DNA from: an uncultured archaeon
GTDB taxonomy: Archaea > Nanobdellota > Nanobdellia > Pacearchaeales > GW2011-AR1
DNA length: 64,000 bases
Direction: 5' to 3'
Assembly: GCA_903831045.1 (NCBI GenBank)
Contig: CAIKWG010000005.1
Location: 7,743-71,742 of the forward strand
The notes under the pieces are model-generated. The model was not told where the DNA came from. It was given only the letters and a program-made list of their open reading frames with translations, and did no database searches. Below, in pieces: positions 9,337 to 18,939 of the stretch (the first letter of the stretch is position 1; the number at the start of each line of letters is the position of its first letter). A program made the translations under genes and the position numbers.

Positions 9337-10056
9337 CTAAAAAAAAGAGTATATAAATATATTGACCGAGGGTCTAGGATTCTTTTTATATCCTGCAATT
9401 CCAACAGCCATATAACTTAACTTTCCAAGAGGGTCTAGTATTTCTACAGGTTTTAAGCCCTTTTTCTTCAGCCATTTAGTATCAACTCTTAGAGTTTTTT
9501 CATCCCATTGGTTATCAAAGATAAGATTTCCTTTCTTGTCTTTTCCAACATAGATTAGAACATGAGTATATTTTGCCTTATTTCCTTTTTCATCCAATGT
9601 ATCATTATATGCACTTCTAGGATTGTATACCCCCAGAATCATTCCCGGTCTTAAAATTCCTTCTTCTCTTAGAGTGTTTAACTCCTGATATTTATCTTTT
9701 TCTTTAAATTTAGCAACTATAGTACTAGCATATCTCATATTCCAAGAATCTCTTTGAGGAAAGCTATCTACTTCTCCATAATATTTTTGAGCAGCCTTTT
9801 GAACATATTTAGCACAACTCAGAGAATTTAGTTTAAACTTAGCAAGAGCTGGAATTGAATCATGTTCTGGAATGTTAAATTCTCCAGAGATATCCAGTGT
9901 TTTTTCTAGATTAGATTTTCTAATTGAATCAAAAACTGGACTGTTCATTTCATAGTTAGACTTAAGGCTTGATTCTCCAAGATTCATAGTTCCAACTGAG
10001 TTTGATGCTCCAATCATCCCTGCTGTCATTAAAACGTATTTCATTAAATTTTTCAT
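9337..10056 (-). CDS. secreted protein, possible papain-like (NlpC/P60 or transglutaminase-like) cysteine hydrolase
   Basis: 239 aa with signal peptide; Cys in LSCAKYVQKA and His in YTHVLIYVGKD resemble the Cys/His arrangement of NlpC/P60; weak. Confidence 0.3.
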   Translation of the reverse strand: MKNLMKYVLMTAGMIGASNSVGTMNLGESSLKSNYEMNSPVFDSIRKSNLEKTLDISGEFNIPEHDSIPALAKFKLNSLSCAKYVQKAAQKYYGEVDSFPQRDSWNMRYASTIVAKFKEKDKYQELNTLREEGILRPGMILGVYNPRSAYNDTLDEKGNKAKYTHVLIYVGKDKKGNLIFDNQWDEKTLRVDTKWLKKKGLKPVEILDPLGKLSYMAVGIAGYKKNPRPSVNIFIYSFF

Positions 10057-10132
10057 TTTGATTTTTTCCGTCGCTGGGCAACATTTTGTGAAAAAATTGC
10101 ACCAGTTTTTTATGTTATGGCGTAGAACACAG

Positions 10133-10144
10133 GGTTTATAAACC
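10133..10144. promoter_or_regulatory. perfect 12-nt palindrome GGTTTATAAACC (TATA-like core) in the divergent intergenic region between 9337-10056(-) and thrS
   Basis: self-complementary sequence seen directly; the region is locally more GC-rich than its surroundings. Confidence 0.3.
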
Positions 10145-10299
10145 TATCGATAACTTCAAAAAAAATGGGGTTTCCTCCTCGGAAAATCCATTTTTTTTAT
10201 TTTTTCTAATTATTTTAAGAAAATTACCCATCACCAAGAATCAAATTATCCAACAGATTCAAGCCATAATTTTATAAAATACTTATTCTTAACCAAATC

Positions 10300-12012
10300 A
10301 TGAAAACATTAAACCTTCACGTGGATTATATTAAATGGCAAGCCCTAAAAAAGGCCCTGAAATCAATTCCAGATTTAGAAGAAAAACAAAAAGAACCACA
10401 GGAAGTAAAAGAAGCCCTAGTTGTTCTAACTGCAGTTGAAAAGAAAGACACAGACACCACAAAATTAATTTCAAAACTGATAGAAGATATAAAGAATGTT
10501 TCAGCTCAAATTAATACAAAAAATATAGTTCTCTACCCATATGCTCATCTTTCTAAGGACCTCAGCAGCCCAGAATTAGCAATGAAAACTTTGGATGAAG
10601 CAGAAAAAGCACTAAAGAAAGAAAAATTCACTGTACATCGAGCACCTTTTGGATATTACAAAACTTTTGAACTCAAGGTAAAGGGCCATCCACTTAGTGA
10701 ATTATCAAGGGATTTTACTATTGATGAAGCCAAGGCAGAGGAAGAGAAAATAGACCCAGAAAAGCTTCTAAGAGAAATATCAAAATCCAAGCTAGATACA
10801 ACAAAACTAAAAGACAACGACCACAGAATCCTTGGAAGACAAATGGACCTTTTCAGTTTCAATGATGTCGCTCCAGGAATGGTTTTCTGGCATAATAATG
10901 GTTTAATCATAAAGAATGAATTGACAAATTATTGGAGAGAGAAACACGTAGAAGCGGGATATCAAGAAATTTCTACCCCTCAAATTATGGATTCTAAGAT
11001 TTGGAAAATTTCAGGACATTGGGATAAATACAAAGAAAATAACTTTGCAACTCAATACGAAAAAAGACCTTTCCTAGTTAAACCAATGAATTGTCCGGGA
11101 GGGATGCTGGTTTACAAATCAAGCCCAAAATCATACAAAGATTTTCCAATGAGAGTAGGAGAATTAGGAATTGTTCATAGAGTTGAGCTTTCTGGAGTTT
11201 TAGCAGGATTATTTAGAGTTATACAATTTACACAGGATGATGCACACATTTTCTGTCTAGATGAAAAACAAGTAAACTCAGAAATAGAAGGAGTAATTGA
11301 TTTAATTAATATTTTTTATAAAGATTTCAATTTAGAATTTGATCATGTTGAATTATCAACTAGGCCTGAAAAAAGAATTGGAACAGAAGAACAATGGGAC
11401 ATGGCGGAAAAAATACTAGAAGATGTTCTAAAAAAGAACAAAATGAAATATAAAATAAATGAAGGAGACGGAGCCTTCTATGGACCCAAGATTGATTTTC
11501 ATATAAAAGATTCACTTGGAAGAACATGGCAAACTTCTACAATACAATTAGATTTTGCACTTCCAGAAAGATTTCAACTGGAATATACTGACAAAGATGA
11601 TAAGAAGAAAAGACCAATTATGCTTCATAGAGTAATCTATGGCTCTCTGGAAAGATTCCTAGGAGTTTTATTAGAGGATAAAAATGGTAGACTTCCAACA
11701 TGGCTTGCACCAATGCAAGTTAAACTTTTGAGTTTTACAGACAGAAATAAAAAATACGGAGAAAAAGTTCTAAAAGAATTGCAAAAAGAAATTCCAAATC
11801 TAAGAATTGAATCTGACTTTAGACAAACAACTGTCCCCCAAAAAGTAAAAGAAGCTGAACTTATGAGAATTCCATATATTGTTGTAGTAGGAGACAAAGA
11901 AGAGAAAGAAGCCTCCTTGGCAATAAGAAAAGGCGGACAAAATAAGATTGAAACAGTTAAACTAAAAGATTTCATAAAAAATATCAAAGAAGAAATTAAA
12001 AATAGAAAATGA
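10300..12012 (+). CDS. thrS: threonyl-tRNA synthetase, archaeal type with N-terminal editing domain
   Basis: 570 aa; class II motifs (HRILGRQMDLFSF, FRVIQFTQDDAHIF, GAFYGPKIDF) and anticodon-binding C-terminus; N-terminal archaeal DTD-like editing domain. Confidence 0.9.
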   Translation: MKTLNLHVDYIKWQALKKALKSIPDLEEKQKEPQEVKEALVVLTAVEKKDTDTTKLISKLIEDIKNVSAQINTKNIVLYPYAHLSKDLSSPELAMKTLDEAEKALKKEKFTVHRAPFGYYKTFELKVKGHPLSELSRDFTIDEAKAEEEKIDPEKLLREISKSKLDTTKLKDNDHRILGRQMDLFSFNDVAPGMVFWHNNGLIIKNELTNYWREKHVEAGYQEISTPQIMDSKIWKISGHWDKYKENNFATQYEKRPFLVKPMNCPGGMLVYKSSPKSYKDFPMRVGELGIVHRVELSGVLAGLFRVIQFTQDDAHIFCLDEKQVNSEIEGVIDLINIFYKDFNLEFDHVELSTRPEKRIGTEEQWDMAEKILEDVLKKNKMKYKINEGDGAFYGPKIDFHIKDSLGRTWQTSTIQLDFALPERFQLEYTDKDDKKKRPIMLHRVIYGSLERFLGVLLEDKNGRLPTWLAPMQVKLLSFTDRNKKYGEKVLKELQKEIPNLRIESDFRQTTVPQKVKEAELMRIPYIVVVGDKEEKEASLAIRKGGQNKIETVKLKDFIKNIKEEIKNRK

Positions 12013-13442
12013 AAAAACTTTCAATAGATGAGATGGCAGCATTCTGCAAGAGGAAAGGAATTATTGACAAATCAGCAGAAATCTACGGAGGTTTTGCAGG
12101 ATTCTGGGATTATCTTTTTCTGGGTGCTGAATTAAAACAAAATATAAAAAATGCTTGGTGGAGTTTTCATGTAAGACAGAGACCAGACATGGTGGGAATT
12201 GATGGAGCAATTATAACTTCTCCAGAAGTTTGGAAAGCATCAGGACATGTAGCAAATTTTAATGATGTTTTTATTATATGTAAGAAATGTAAAAAGCCAA
12301 CAAAAATAGATAAATCAGAATTAGGAAAAGCAAAATGCGATTGCGGGGGAGAATTAGACGTTAACACTGCAAAAGATTTTGAATTAATGTTTAAAACAAA
12401 CGTTGGGGAAAAAGATTATGCTTATCTAAGACCAGAGACAGCTCAACTAATTTTTTCAAATTTTAAAGCAGTTTTTGAAGGAGCTAGAATGAAGTTACCA
12501 TGTGGAATAGCACAAATGGGTAAGGCATTTAGAAATGAGATTGCTCCAAGAAATTTTATTTTCAGATGTAGAGAATTTGAACAAATGGAAATTGAATATT
12601 TCATTAAACCAAAACAAAAATGCCCCTATGAAATTCCAGATATAGAAGTTTTAGTTTATTCAGAAGAGCTACAAAAAGAGAATAAGGAAGCAAAAAAAAT
12701 GTCCATCAAAAAAGCATTCAAAGATAAAATCATAAAGAAAGACTGGCATGCCTATTGGTTAGCTCAGGAACTATTATGGTTCAAATCATTTGGAGCAGAT
12801 TTAGACAATTTCAGAATTAGACAACATGCAAAAGAAGAACTTGCACATTATTCTTCAGATTGCTGGGATTTAGAATATAATTTCCCATTCGGTTGGAAAG
12901 AACTAGAAGGAATTGCAGACAGAGGAGATTATGATCTTTCTCAACATGAAAAATTTTCAAAGAAGAATCTAAAAGTACTTGATGAAGAAACAAATGAAAG
13001 ATTCCTTCCCCATGTTATCTCTGAACCAAGTCTGGGAGTTGAAAGAGCACTATTAGTTTTCCTCTATGAAGCTTACACAGTTAGCGACAAAGAAAATGTA
13101 GTTCTAAAGCTACATCCAAAACTAGCTCCAATAAAAGCGGCAGTTTTCCCAATAATTAAGAGTCCGGAATATGATAAAATATCAGAAGAGATTGTAGCAA
13201 CTCTAAGAAAAAGATATAATATTGAATACGACAGATCAGGAAGTATTGGTAGAAGATATGCTAGAAATGATGAAGCAGGAACCCCCTTTTGTATCACCAT
13301 TGATGAACACACTCCAAAAGAAAAAACAGTTACAATAAGAGAAAGAGACACAACCGAACAAAAAAGAGTAAAGATATCCGAACTTCCCACAATTCTTGAC
13401 AAATTGATTGAAGGTGAAATTGAATTTAAGAGTTTAAAATAA
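12009..13442 (+). CDS. glyS: glycyl-tRNA synthetase (archaeal/eukaryal alpha2 type), compact 477 aa
   Basis: N-terminus SAEIYGGFAGFWDYLFLGAELK and class II core; 4-nt ATGA overlap with thrS. Confidence 0.85.
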   Translation: MKKLSIDEMAAFCKRKGIIDKSAEIYGGFAGFWDYLFLGAELKQNIKNAWWSFHVRQRPDMVGIDGAIITSPEVWKASGHVANFNDVFIICKKCKKPTKIDKSELGKAKCDCGGELDVNTAKDFELMFKTNVGEKDYAYLRPETAQLIFSNFKAVFEGARMKLPCGIAQMGKAFRNEIAPRNFIFRCREFEQMEIEYFIKPKQKCPYEIPDIEVLVYSEELQKENKEAKKMSIKKAFKDKIIKKDWHAYWLAQELLWFKSFGADLDNFRIRQHAKEELAHYSSDCWDLEYNFPFGWKELEGIADRGDYDLSQHEKFSKKNLKVLDEETNERFLPHVISEPSLGVERALLVFLYEAYTVSDKENVVLKLHPKLAPIKAAVFPIIKSPEYDKISEEIVATLRKRYNIEYDRSGSIGRRYARNDEAGTPFCITIDEHTPKEKTVTIRERDTTEQKRVKISELPTILDKLIEGEIEFKSLK

Positions 13443-13443
13443 A

Positions 13444-13578
13444 ATGATTAAACAAAGACTTAATAAAAAAACAATCTCAGAGATAAAAAAAGCAAGAAAA
13501 AATATCAAAAAAGGTAATGTTTATACTGAAGCAGAAGCCAAAGAATTAATTAACCTCCATCAACCTATTCTTAGATAG
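13444..13578 (+). CDS. possible 44-aa basic micro-protein (MIKQRLNKKTISEIKKARKNIKKGNVYTEAEAKELINLHQPILR)
   Basis: short ORF immediately downstream of glyS, below the ORF-track threshold; no family recognised. Confidence 0.2.
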   Translation: MIKQRLNKKTISEIKKARKNIKKGNVYTEAEAKELINLHQPILR

Positions 13579-13630
13579 AAGGTAATAGATAAGTCCCAAA
13601 TTTTATAAACTCCCTATTTCTCAATGATTT

Positions 13631-14152
13631 ATGAAATTCCAAGATTATTATAAGAAGTTAATTGATTCAAAAGAATATCAAAAGTTTACAAAGGAAAACA
13701 AAAAAGCCTACCCTTGCTCTGGTTTATTTATCATTGATAGGCAAAAACCACAGATAGAAGTTACTTTTGATTATTATCTTCCAGACACAAAAAAGATTTT
13801 CAGTTTTAAGATAGATAAACAAGTAGATTTGGTTCCACTTGAAAATGTTGACCCAACAATACCAGAAAAGCTGGGAATGAATTATTCTTTTGATTTAGCA
13901 ACCTATGAAAAGCTCATTCTAGATAGAATGACAGAAGAAAAAATAAATGGAAATCTCCAAAAAATACTTTTTAGTCTACAAAAAACAAAAGGTAAAGATT
14001 ATCTTGTTACAACCTGCTTTCTTTCAAATTTGGGTCTACTTAAAGTCCAAATAGATATTCAACAGAATAAAATTATTCTCTTTGAAAAAAAATCTTTCTT
14101 CGACATGATAAGAGTAATCAAGGGAAATAAAAAAGAAGAAAAAGAAAAATGA
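13631..14152 (+). CDS. hypothetical protein
   Basis: 173 aa ORF; 4-nt overlap with the next ORF suggests co-translation. Confidence 0.4.
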   Translation: MKFQDYYKKLIDSKEYQKFTKENKKAYPCSGLFIIDRQKPQIEVTFDYYLPDTKKIFSFKIDKQVDLVPLENVDPTIPEKLGMNYSFDLATYEKLILDRMTEEKINGNLQKILFSLQKTKGKDYLVTTCFLSNLGLLKVQIDIQQNKIILFEKKSFFDMIRVIKGNKKEEKEK

Positions 14153-14427
14153 AAGAAGGCTATAGAAAAAATTACTCCGATGACGATTTGAAACATCTTC
14201 TTGAAAAAGCACCAACAAGCGAGCAAAATATGTATGAAGATAGATTAATCAAGGTTAATCCAAACAATGATGAAAATTTTCAAGGAGCCTGCTTAAATTG
14301 GGAGCTAGCAGGAAAAGGTTTCAGCTTATTCAAACCAACAAAACCAGGAAGAAAAATGACTGACGAAGAATTGCTTGCAGATGCTTATAGAAGAGCATCA
14401 GAATACGAAGCAAAAAGAAAAAAATAA
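14149..14427 (+). CDS. hypothetical protein
   Basis: 92 aa ORF, translationally coupled to the upstream ORF. Confidence 0.4.
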   Translation: MKEGYRKNYSDDDLKHLLEKAPTSEQNMYEDRLIKVNPNNDENFQGACLNWELAGKGFSLFKPTKPGRKMTDEELLADAYRRASEYEAKRKK

Positions 14428-14430
14428 TTA

Positions 14431-14711
14431 ATCAAAACCAGTTAGTTTTCCAAGCCTATCAAAAAAAGCAATATCTCTAAGGTCAGAAACCTTTACTTTA
14501 AGTTCAGAAAGCCCATAATACTTATGTTTTTCTTTATTTTCTAGATCAAGAGCAATATGAGAATGATAAACCGAATTAGTTAGTTTGCCTATAAGAGAAT
14601 TACATCCTTCAACATACTATCTAATTCTCTCTTCTTTCTCGTGAACAAACCTTTCTCTAAGTCGTTTATAGAGAATTTTGGGGGAATAATTTTTTGACAT
14701 TGGGGTCATAA
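14431..14711 (-). pseudogene. small ORF of about 93 codons interrupted by one in-frame TAG (stop at 14617-14619, minus strand)
   Basis: minus-strand translation MTPMSKNYSPKILYKRLRERFVHEKEERIR*YVEGCNSLIGKLTNSVYHSHIALDLENKEKHKYYGLSELKVKVSDLRDIAFFDRLGKLTGFD stays in one frame. Confidence 0.3.
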
Positions 14712-14765
14712 ATAAATTCCCTTTTTAAATTTGATATTTCATTAATTAGTTACAAATGAGAAATA

Positions 14766-15365
14766 TTACTTCTTTACAACAAAATTAATCATCATCTCAG
14801 AATTATCCGATTCAATAAGCTTAAATCCAGCTTTCTTGAATAAATCATGAACTTCTTGCTCATCAAATAAGTAATAATATCTCTCCCCTTTATTCGTCCA
14901 TTTAATAAGTTTCTCTTTACCTTGTTTCTGATTAAATCTCTTAGATTGAAAATTCCAAACACCTATTCTGGCAATTCCACCTTTTTTTATAACTCTATAA
15001 AGCTCCTTAACAGATTTCAAACGATTATCTTCTCCTTTAACACAATGCAATGCAGAAATGCAAATTGCAAAATCAAAGAAATTATCTTCAAGAGGAAGTT
15101 CAGTTAAATCTGCTTTCACAAATTCTGCTTTAATTCCCAATTCATCTGCTTTCTTTTTAGCAAGACGTAACATCTCTTCAGAAAAATCCACCAGCCACAT
15201 TTTTCCTTTTTTAAGTTTAACAAGATGCCTTCCAGAACCTGCTCCAAGATCAAGAACATTCCCACTACATTTAGCTAGAAACTTTCCAGTACTCTCTCCT
15301 CCAATCTGTTTAAATTCATGCCATTCCGGAGCAATCTCGTCCCATATTTTTTCCTGCGATTCCAT
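14766..15365 (-). CDS. class I SAM-dependent methyltransferase (Methyltransf_11-like)
   Basis: motif I VLDLGAGSGRH; length and order of motifs typical of a small-molecule/RNA methyltransferase. Confidence 0.7.
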   Translation of the reverse strand: MESQEKIWDEIAPEWHEFKQIGGESTGKFLAKCSGNVLDLGAGSGRHLVKLKKGKMWLVDFSEEMLRLAKKKADELGIKAEFVKADLTELPLEDNFFDFAICISALHCVKGEDNRLKSVKELYRVIKKGGIARIGVWNFQSKRFNQKQGKEKLIKWTNKGERYYYLFDEQEVHDLFKKAGFKLIESDNSEMMINFVVKK

Positions 15366-15397
15366 GAAAAATCAAGTAAAATTGTCTTTAAAAAACA

Positions 15398-15877
15398 TTA
15401 GATTGAATGCTTATCAATTACCCAATATTTCCATGCTGGCTTATCCAACCAAGAGTGAAATTTTAAATGAACTCTTCCAGGAAAAGAAATTTCAAGAAGT
15501 TTATTATCAAAAATTTGCCTTAAAACAGAATGATGGGGTTCTAAAAATTTTGAATCATAGGGATCAATAAGCTCATTTACAAACACCATTCTCCCTTCAT
15601 CATCTTCTCTTTCATAAGCCAGAGAAAATCCTTTAGGACGATGTTTATAATATTCTTGAAGAGGGAAGGTAAAAGTTTTTTCAGAATCAATAAAAAAAGA
15701 AAGATTTAATTTATCTTTCTTAAAGTCAAGACTTTTTCCTACTAAAGATTCATTAACTAAAACATTTCCACCATGAGAACCAACATTTCTAATAAAAAGA
15801 TTATCAGGAATATAATTATCTAAAGAAAATCTCAAATTTTCAAAGTCTAATTCTCGAGGCATCCAATATTGTTCCAT
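15398..15877 (-). CDS. hypothetical protein
   Basis: 159 aa ORF, no recognised motif. Confidence 0.4.
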   Translation of the reverse strand: MEQYWMPRELDFENLRFSLDNYIPDNLFIRNVGSHGGNVLVNESLVGKSLDFKKDKLNLSFFIDSEKTFTFPLQEYYKHRPKGFSLAYEREDDEGRMVFVNELIDPYDSKFLEPHHSVLRQIFDNKLLEISFPGRVHLKFHSWLDKPAWKYWVIDKHSI

Positions 15878-15964
15878 AATATATCCAGAAGGAAGAGATA
15901 TATAATAATGATGCTAGTCCTGAACAATAAAAAACTTTATAAAACATCTATCTATCAACTAACC

Positions 15965-17044
15965 ATGGAAAATTCGCAATTTAAAGTTGCAATCATCTAC
16001 AACAAAAACAAAAAAGCTGAAGAAGGAGAACCGGAAGATCTCTATGCTGAATTCGACGACGAATCAGTACCTCAGGCAATTAAAGATGCTCTTCTAATAA
16101 ATAATTTTAACATTGATATTCTCGAAGCAGACAAGACACTATATTCTAATTTAGAAAACGGACACTATGATTTTGCATTTAATATTGCAGAAGGACTTTA
16201 TGGAGAATCAAGAGAAAGTCAAGTCCCAGCAATGTTAGAATGGCTAAGAATCCCCTACACTGCTAGTGGGATATTTACAATGGCATTATCTCTCGATAAA
16301 AGAAGAACAAAAGAAACCCTTCTATTTAATAAGCTTGCAACTCCAAAATCTCAATTATTCAAAACTCTAGAGGATAAATTAGATTCAGATTTAGAATTCC
16401 CTCTAATCGTAAAACCCAACTCAGAAGGTTCTTCTAAGGGAATAGACGATAAGAGTATTGTTCAGAATGAGGAACAATTAAAAGAAAATGTAAAAAAAAT
16501 TAATGAAACTTACCAAGATTCTGCTCTTGCTGAAGAATTTCTTCCAGGAAGAGAATTTACAGTAGGATTAATGGGAAATAAAGATGGAAAAATTTATAGA
16601 ATTCCTGCTGTAGAAATTTTTGTGGATAAATATGAAAATTCTAAAGGAATCTATACCTACGAGCATAAATATCTAAAAGAAAAACAAGAAAATTCCGATA
16701 TTGCAATTATGAACCCAGAACTAAGCAAAAAAGTTTATGATTTGGCAATAGCAAGTTTTAACGCTCTTGGTTGCAGAGATTTTGGAAGAGTCGATATTAG
16801 ATGCAATGCAAAAGGAGAACCAGAAGTTTTAGAAATTAATCCAATTCCAGGGTTACATCCAGACCCAGAACATGTTTCATATTTTACAAAAGCTTGCACA
16901 CTCGGCAACATTGGTTACACAGAGATGATTAATGGAATATTTATGTTTGCTCTCCAAAGACACGGATTAGAAGACAGAATAAATTCTTCAATAAGAAAAA
17001 GAATATTTCAAACATTAGAAAAATCAGATAAAATGTGTGAATAG
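15965..17044 (+). CDS. D-alanine--D-alanine ligase family ATP-grasp enzyme (start moved to MENSQF to avoid overlapping the convergent upstream gene)
   Basis: Ddl-like pattern: FPLIVKPNSEGSSKGI, EFLPGREFTVGLMG, EINPIPGL; N-terminal pre-ATP-grasp domain. Confidence 0.6.
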   Translation: MENSQFKVAIIYNKNKKAEEGEPEDLYAEFDDESVPQAIKDALLINNFNIDILEADKTLYSNLENGHYDFAFNIAEGLYGESRESQVPAMLEWLRIPYTASGIFTMALSLDKRRTKETLLFNKLATPKSQLFKTLEDKLDSDLEFPLIVKPNSEGSSKGIDDKSIVQNEEQLKENVKKINETYQDSALAEEFLPGREFTVGLMGNKDGKIYRIPAVEIFVDKYENSKGIYTYEHKYLKEKQENSDIAIMNPELSKKVYDLAIASFNALGCRDFGRVDIRCNAKGEPEVLEINPIPGLHPDPEHVSYFTKACTLGNIGYTEMINGIFMFALQRHGLEDRINSSIRKRIFQTLEKSDKMCE

Positions 17045-17087
17045 GCTAAAATAAAAGATTTTTAACCTGCTAATTCTTCGAAATTCT

Positions 17088-18446
17088 ATGCAACTACCAT
17101 TGAAAAACGAAAAGCGTAAACCAACAAAGACATTGTCAGGAATAACTCCAGTAGCAGTTATGCTCCCTCCTCGACCATGTAATCATGGAAGCTGTGTTTA
17201 CTGTCCAAATCTGAATGTTCCTCAAAGTTATACTCCTAAATCCCCAGTTGTTCTGAGAGCAAAAGCACTAAGATATGATGCCTACAAACAAGTTCAAACA
17301 AGAATAAATGCTTTTGAATTAATGAATCATCCAACAGAAAAGATAGAATTAATCCTAATGGGTGGAACTTTCCTTGAATATCCAGAAAAATTCCAAAAGA
17401 AGTTTATAAAAAGTTTATACGATGGACTCAATGGAAAGATTTCTAAAACTCTTGAACAAGCACAAAAAATAAATGAAACAACAAAGCATAGATGCATTGC
17501 TCTTTGTATAGAAACACGTCCAGACGTTTGCATCAATCATATTGATAAAATGAGAAAATGGGGAGTAACACGAGTTGAACTGGGAGTTCAAATCATTGAT
17601 GATGATATCTACAAAAAAGTAAAAAGAAGCCACACAGTAAAAGATGTAATCGACGCCACAAAAGCTCTGAAAGATGCAGGTTTTAAAATAGGTTATCACA
17701 TAATGCCCGGACTTCCAGGAAGCAATCCAAAGAAAGATATTCAACTTTTCAAAAAAATGTTCTCAAATCAAGATTTTAAACCAGATCAACTAAAACTTTA
17801 CCCATGTCAAGTAATGCCAGGTTCAGAATTAGAAAAGATGTATTGGAATAAGGAATATATTCCATATGATGAAAAAGTAATAAAAGAAATTTTAATAAAA
17901 ATGTTAAAATTAATTCCAAATTATTGTAGAGTAATGAGAGTTATGAGAGAAATCCCAACAGAATATCTAGTTGCAGGAACAACTAATATCGGATTAAGAA
18001 AAGATTTAGAAGAAGAACTGAGAAAAAATAAAATAAAACTAAAAGAAATTAGATATAGAGAAATAGGATTTGCAAATAAAGAAACGCTCAATAAAAAAAC
18101 TAAACTAAAGATTACAAAGTATAAGGCTTCAGACGGAAAAGAATACTTCTTAGAAATAATAAATAAGGACAATATTTTATTTGGCCTGCTAAGACTGAGA
18201 ATATCGAAAGCAGGCGCAATAGTAAGAGAGGTTCATGTCTACGGACAAAGCCTTGAACTAGGACAAATAGGAGAAAATTCACAGCACATGGGACTTGGAA
18301 AACAATTAATTGCAAAAGCAGAAGAAATAGCAAAAAAATCAAAACAAAAAAAGCTCAAAATTATTTCTGGAATTGGAGTTAGAGAATATTACAAAAAATT
18401 AGGATACATCCTAGAAGATACTTATATGGTTAAGAATTTAAATTAG
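17088..18446 (+). CDS. elp3: Elp3-type radical-SAM / GNAT tRNA modification enzyme (tRNA U34 carboxymethylation)
   Basis: Cx4Cx2C cluster CNHGSCVYC, radical SAM core, C-terminal GNAT acetyltransferase fold. Confidence 0.8.
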   Translation: MQLPLKNEKRKPTKTLSGITPVAVMLPPRPCNHGSCVYCPNLNVPQSYTPKSPVVLRAKALRYDAYKQVQTRINAFELMNHPTEKIELILMGGTFLEYPEKFQKKFIKSLYDGLNGKISKTLEQAQKINETTKHRCIALCIETRPDVCINHIDKMRKWGVTRVELGVQIIDDDIYKKVKRSHTVKDVIDATKALKDAGFKIGYHIMPGLPGSNPKKDIQLFKKMFSNQDFKPDQLKLYPCQVMPGSELEKMYWNKEYIPYDEKVIKEILIKMLKLIPNYCRVMRVMREIPTEYLVAGTTNIGLRKDLEEELRKNKIKLKEIRYREIGFANKETLNKKTKLKITKYKASDGKEYFLEIINKDNILFGLLRLRISKAGAIVREVHVYGQSLELGQIGENSQHMGLGKQLIAKAEEIAKKSKQKKLKIISGIGVREYYKKLGYILEDTYMVKNLN

Positions 18447-18462
18447 AAAGTTCTATAATTTT

Positions 18463-18939
18463 ATGAAAGAAGCAACAAAAAGAGGTTTGAGCTTTGGAGT
18501 AACATCTGGAGTAATTACAACAATTGGATTAATGATTGGAATTTATTCTTCTACTGGCTCTAAATTAGCAGTTTTGGGGGGAATTATTACAATAGCCATT
18601 ACAGATGCACTTTCTGATTCTTTCGGAGTAAATATATCCGAAGAGGCAACTGAGAAAAAACGTAAAAAAATATGGGCCAACACAGTTTCTACTTTCATAT
18701 TTAAATTTTTATCAGCAATAATATTCATCGGAGCAATTTTAATATTTGAATTAAAAACGGGAGTGATAATCAATGTTTTTTTAGGAGCGTTAGTTTTAAT
18801 TATTCTTAGTTATATACTTGCAAAGAAAGAGAGGAAGAAACCATTAAAGATTATCGGTTGGCATTTAGTTATAGCTGCTTTGGTTATTATAATGACTTAT
18901 TTCCTAGGAAAATTAATTGCAAATCTTGGTTTAATTTAG
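18463..18939 (+). CDS. small 5-TM membrane protein, possibly VIT1/CCC1-like
   Basis: FGVTSGVITTIGLMIG resembles the VIT family TM1 pattern; Glu-rich loop between TM2 and TM3; weak. Confidence 0.35.
   Translation: MKEATKRGLSFGVTSGVITTIGLMIGIYSSTGSKLAVLGGIITIAITDALSDSFGVNISEEATEKKRKKIWANTVSTFIFKFLSAIIFIGAILIFELKTGVIINVFLGALVLIILSYILAKKERKKPLKIIGWHLVIAALVIIMTYFLGKLIANLGLI

Noticed and set aside
10057-10299. An SRP RNA, RNase P RNA or other structured ncRNA in the GC-richer intergenic region
   Set aside because: Too short and lacking the conserved helices and motifs of those RNAs; only a short stem and a palindrome were found.
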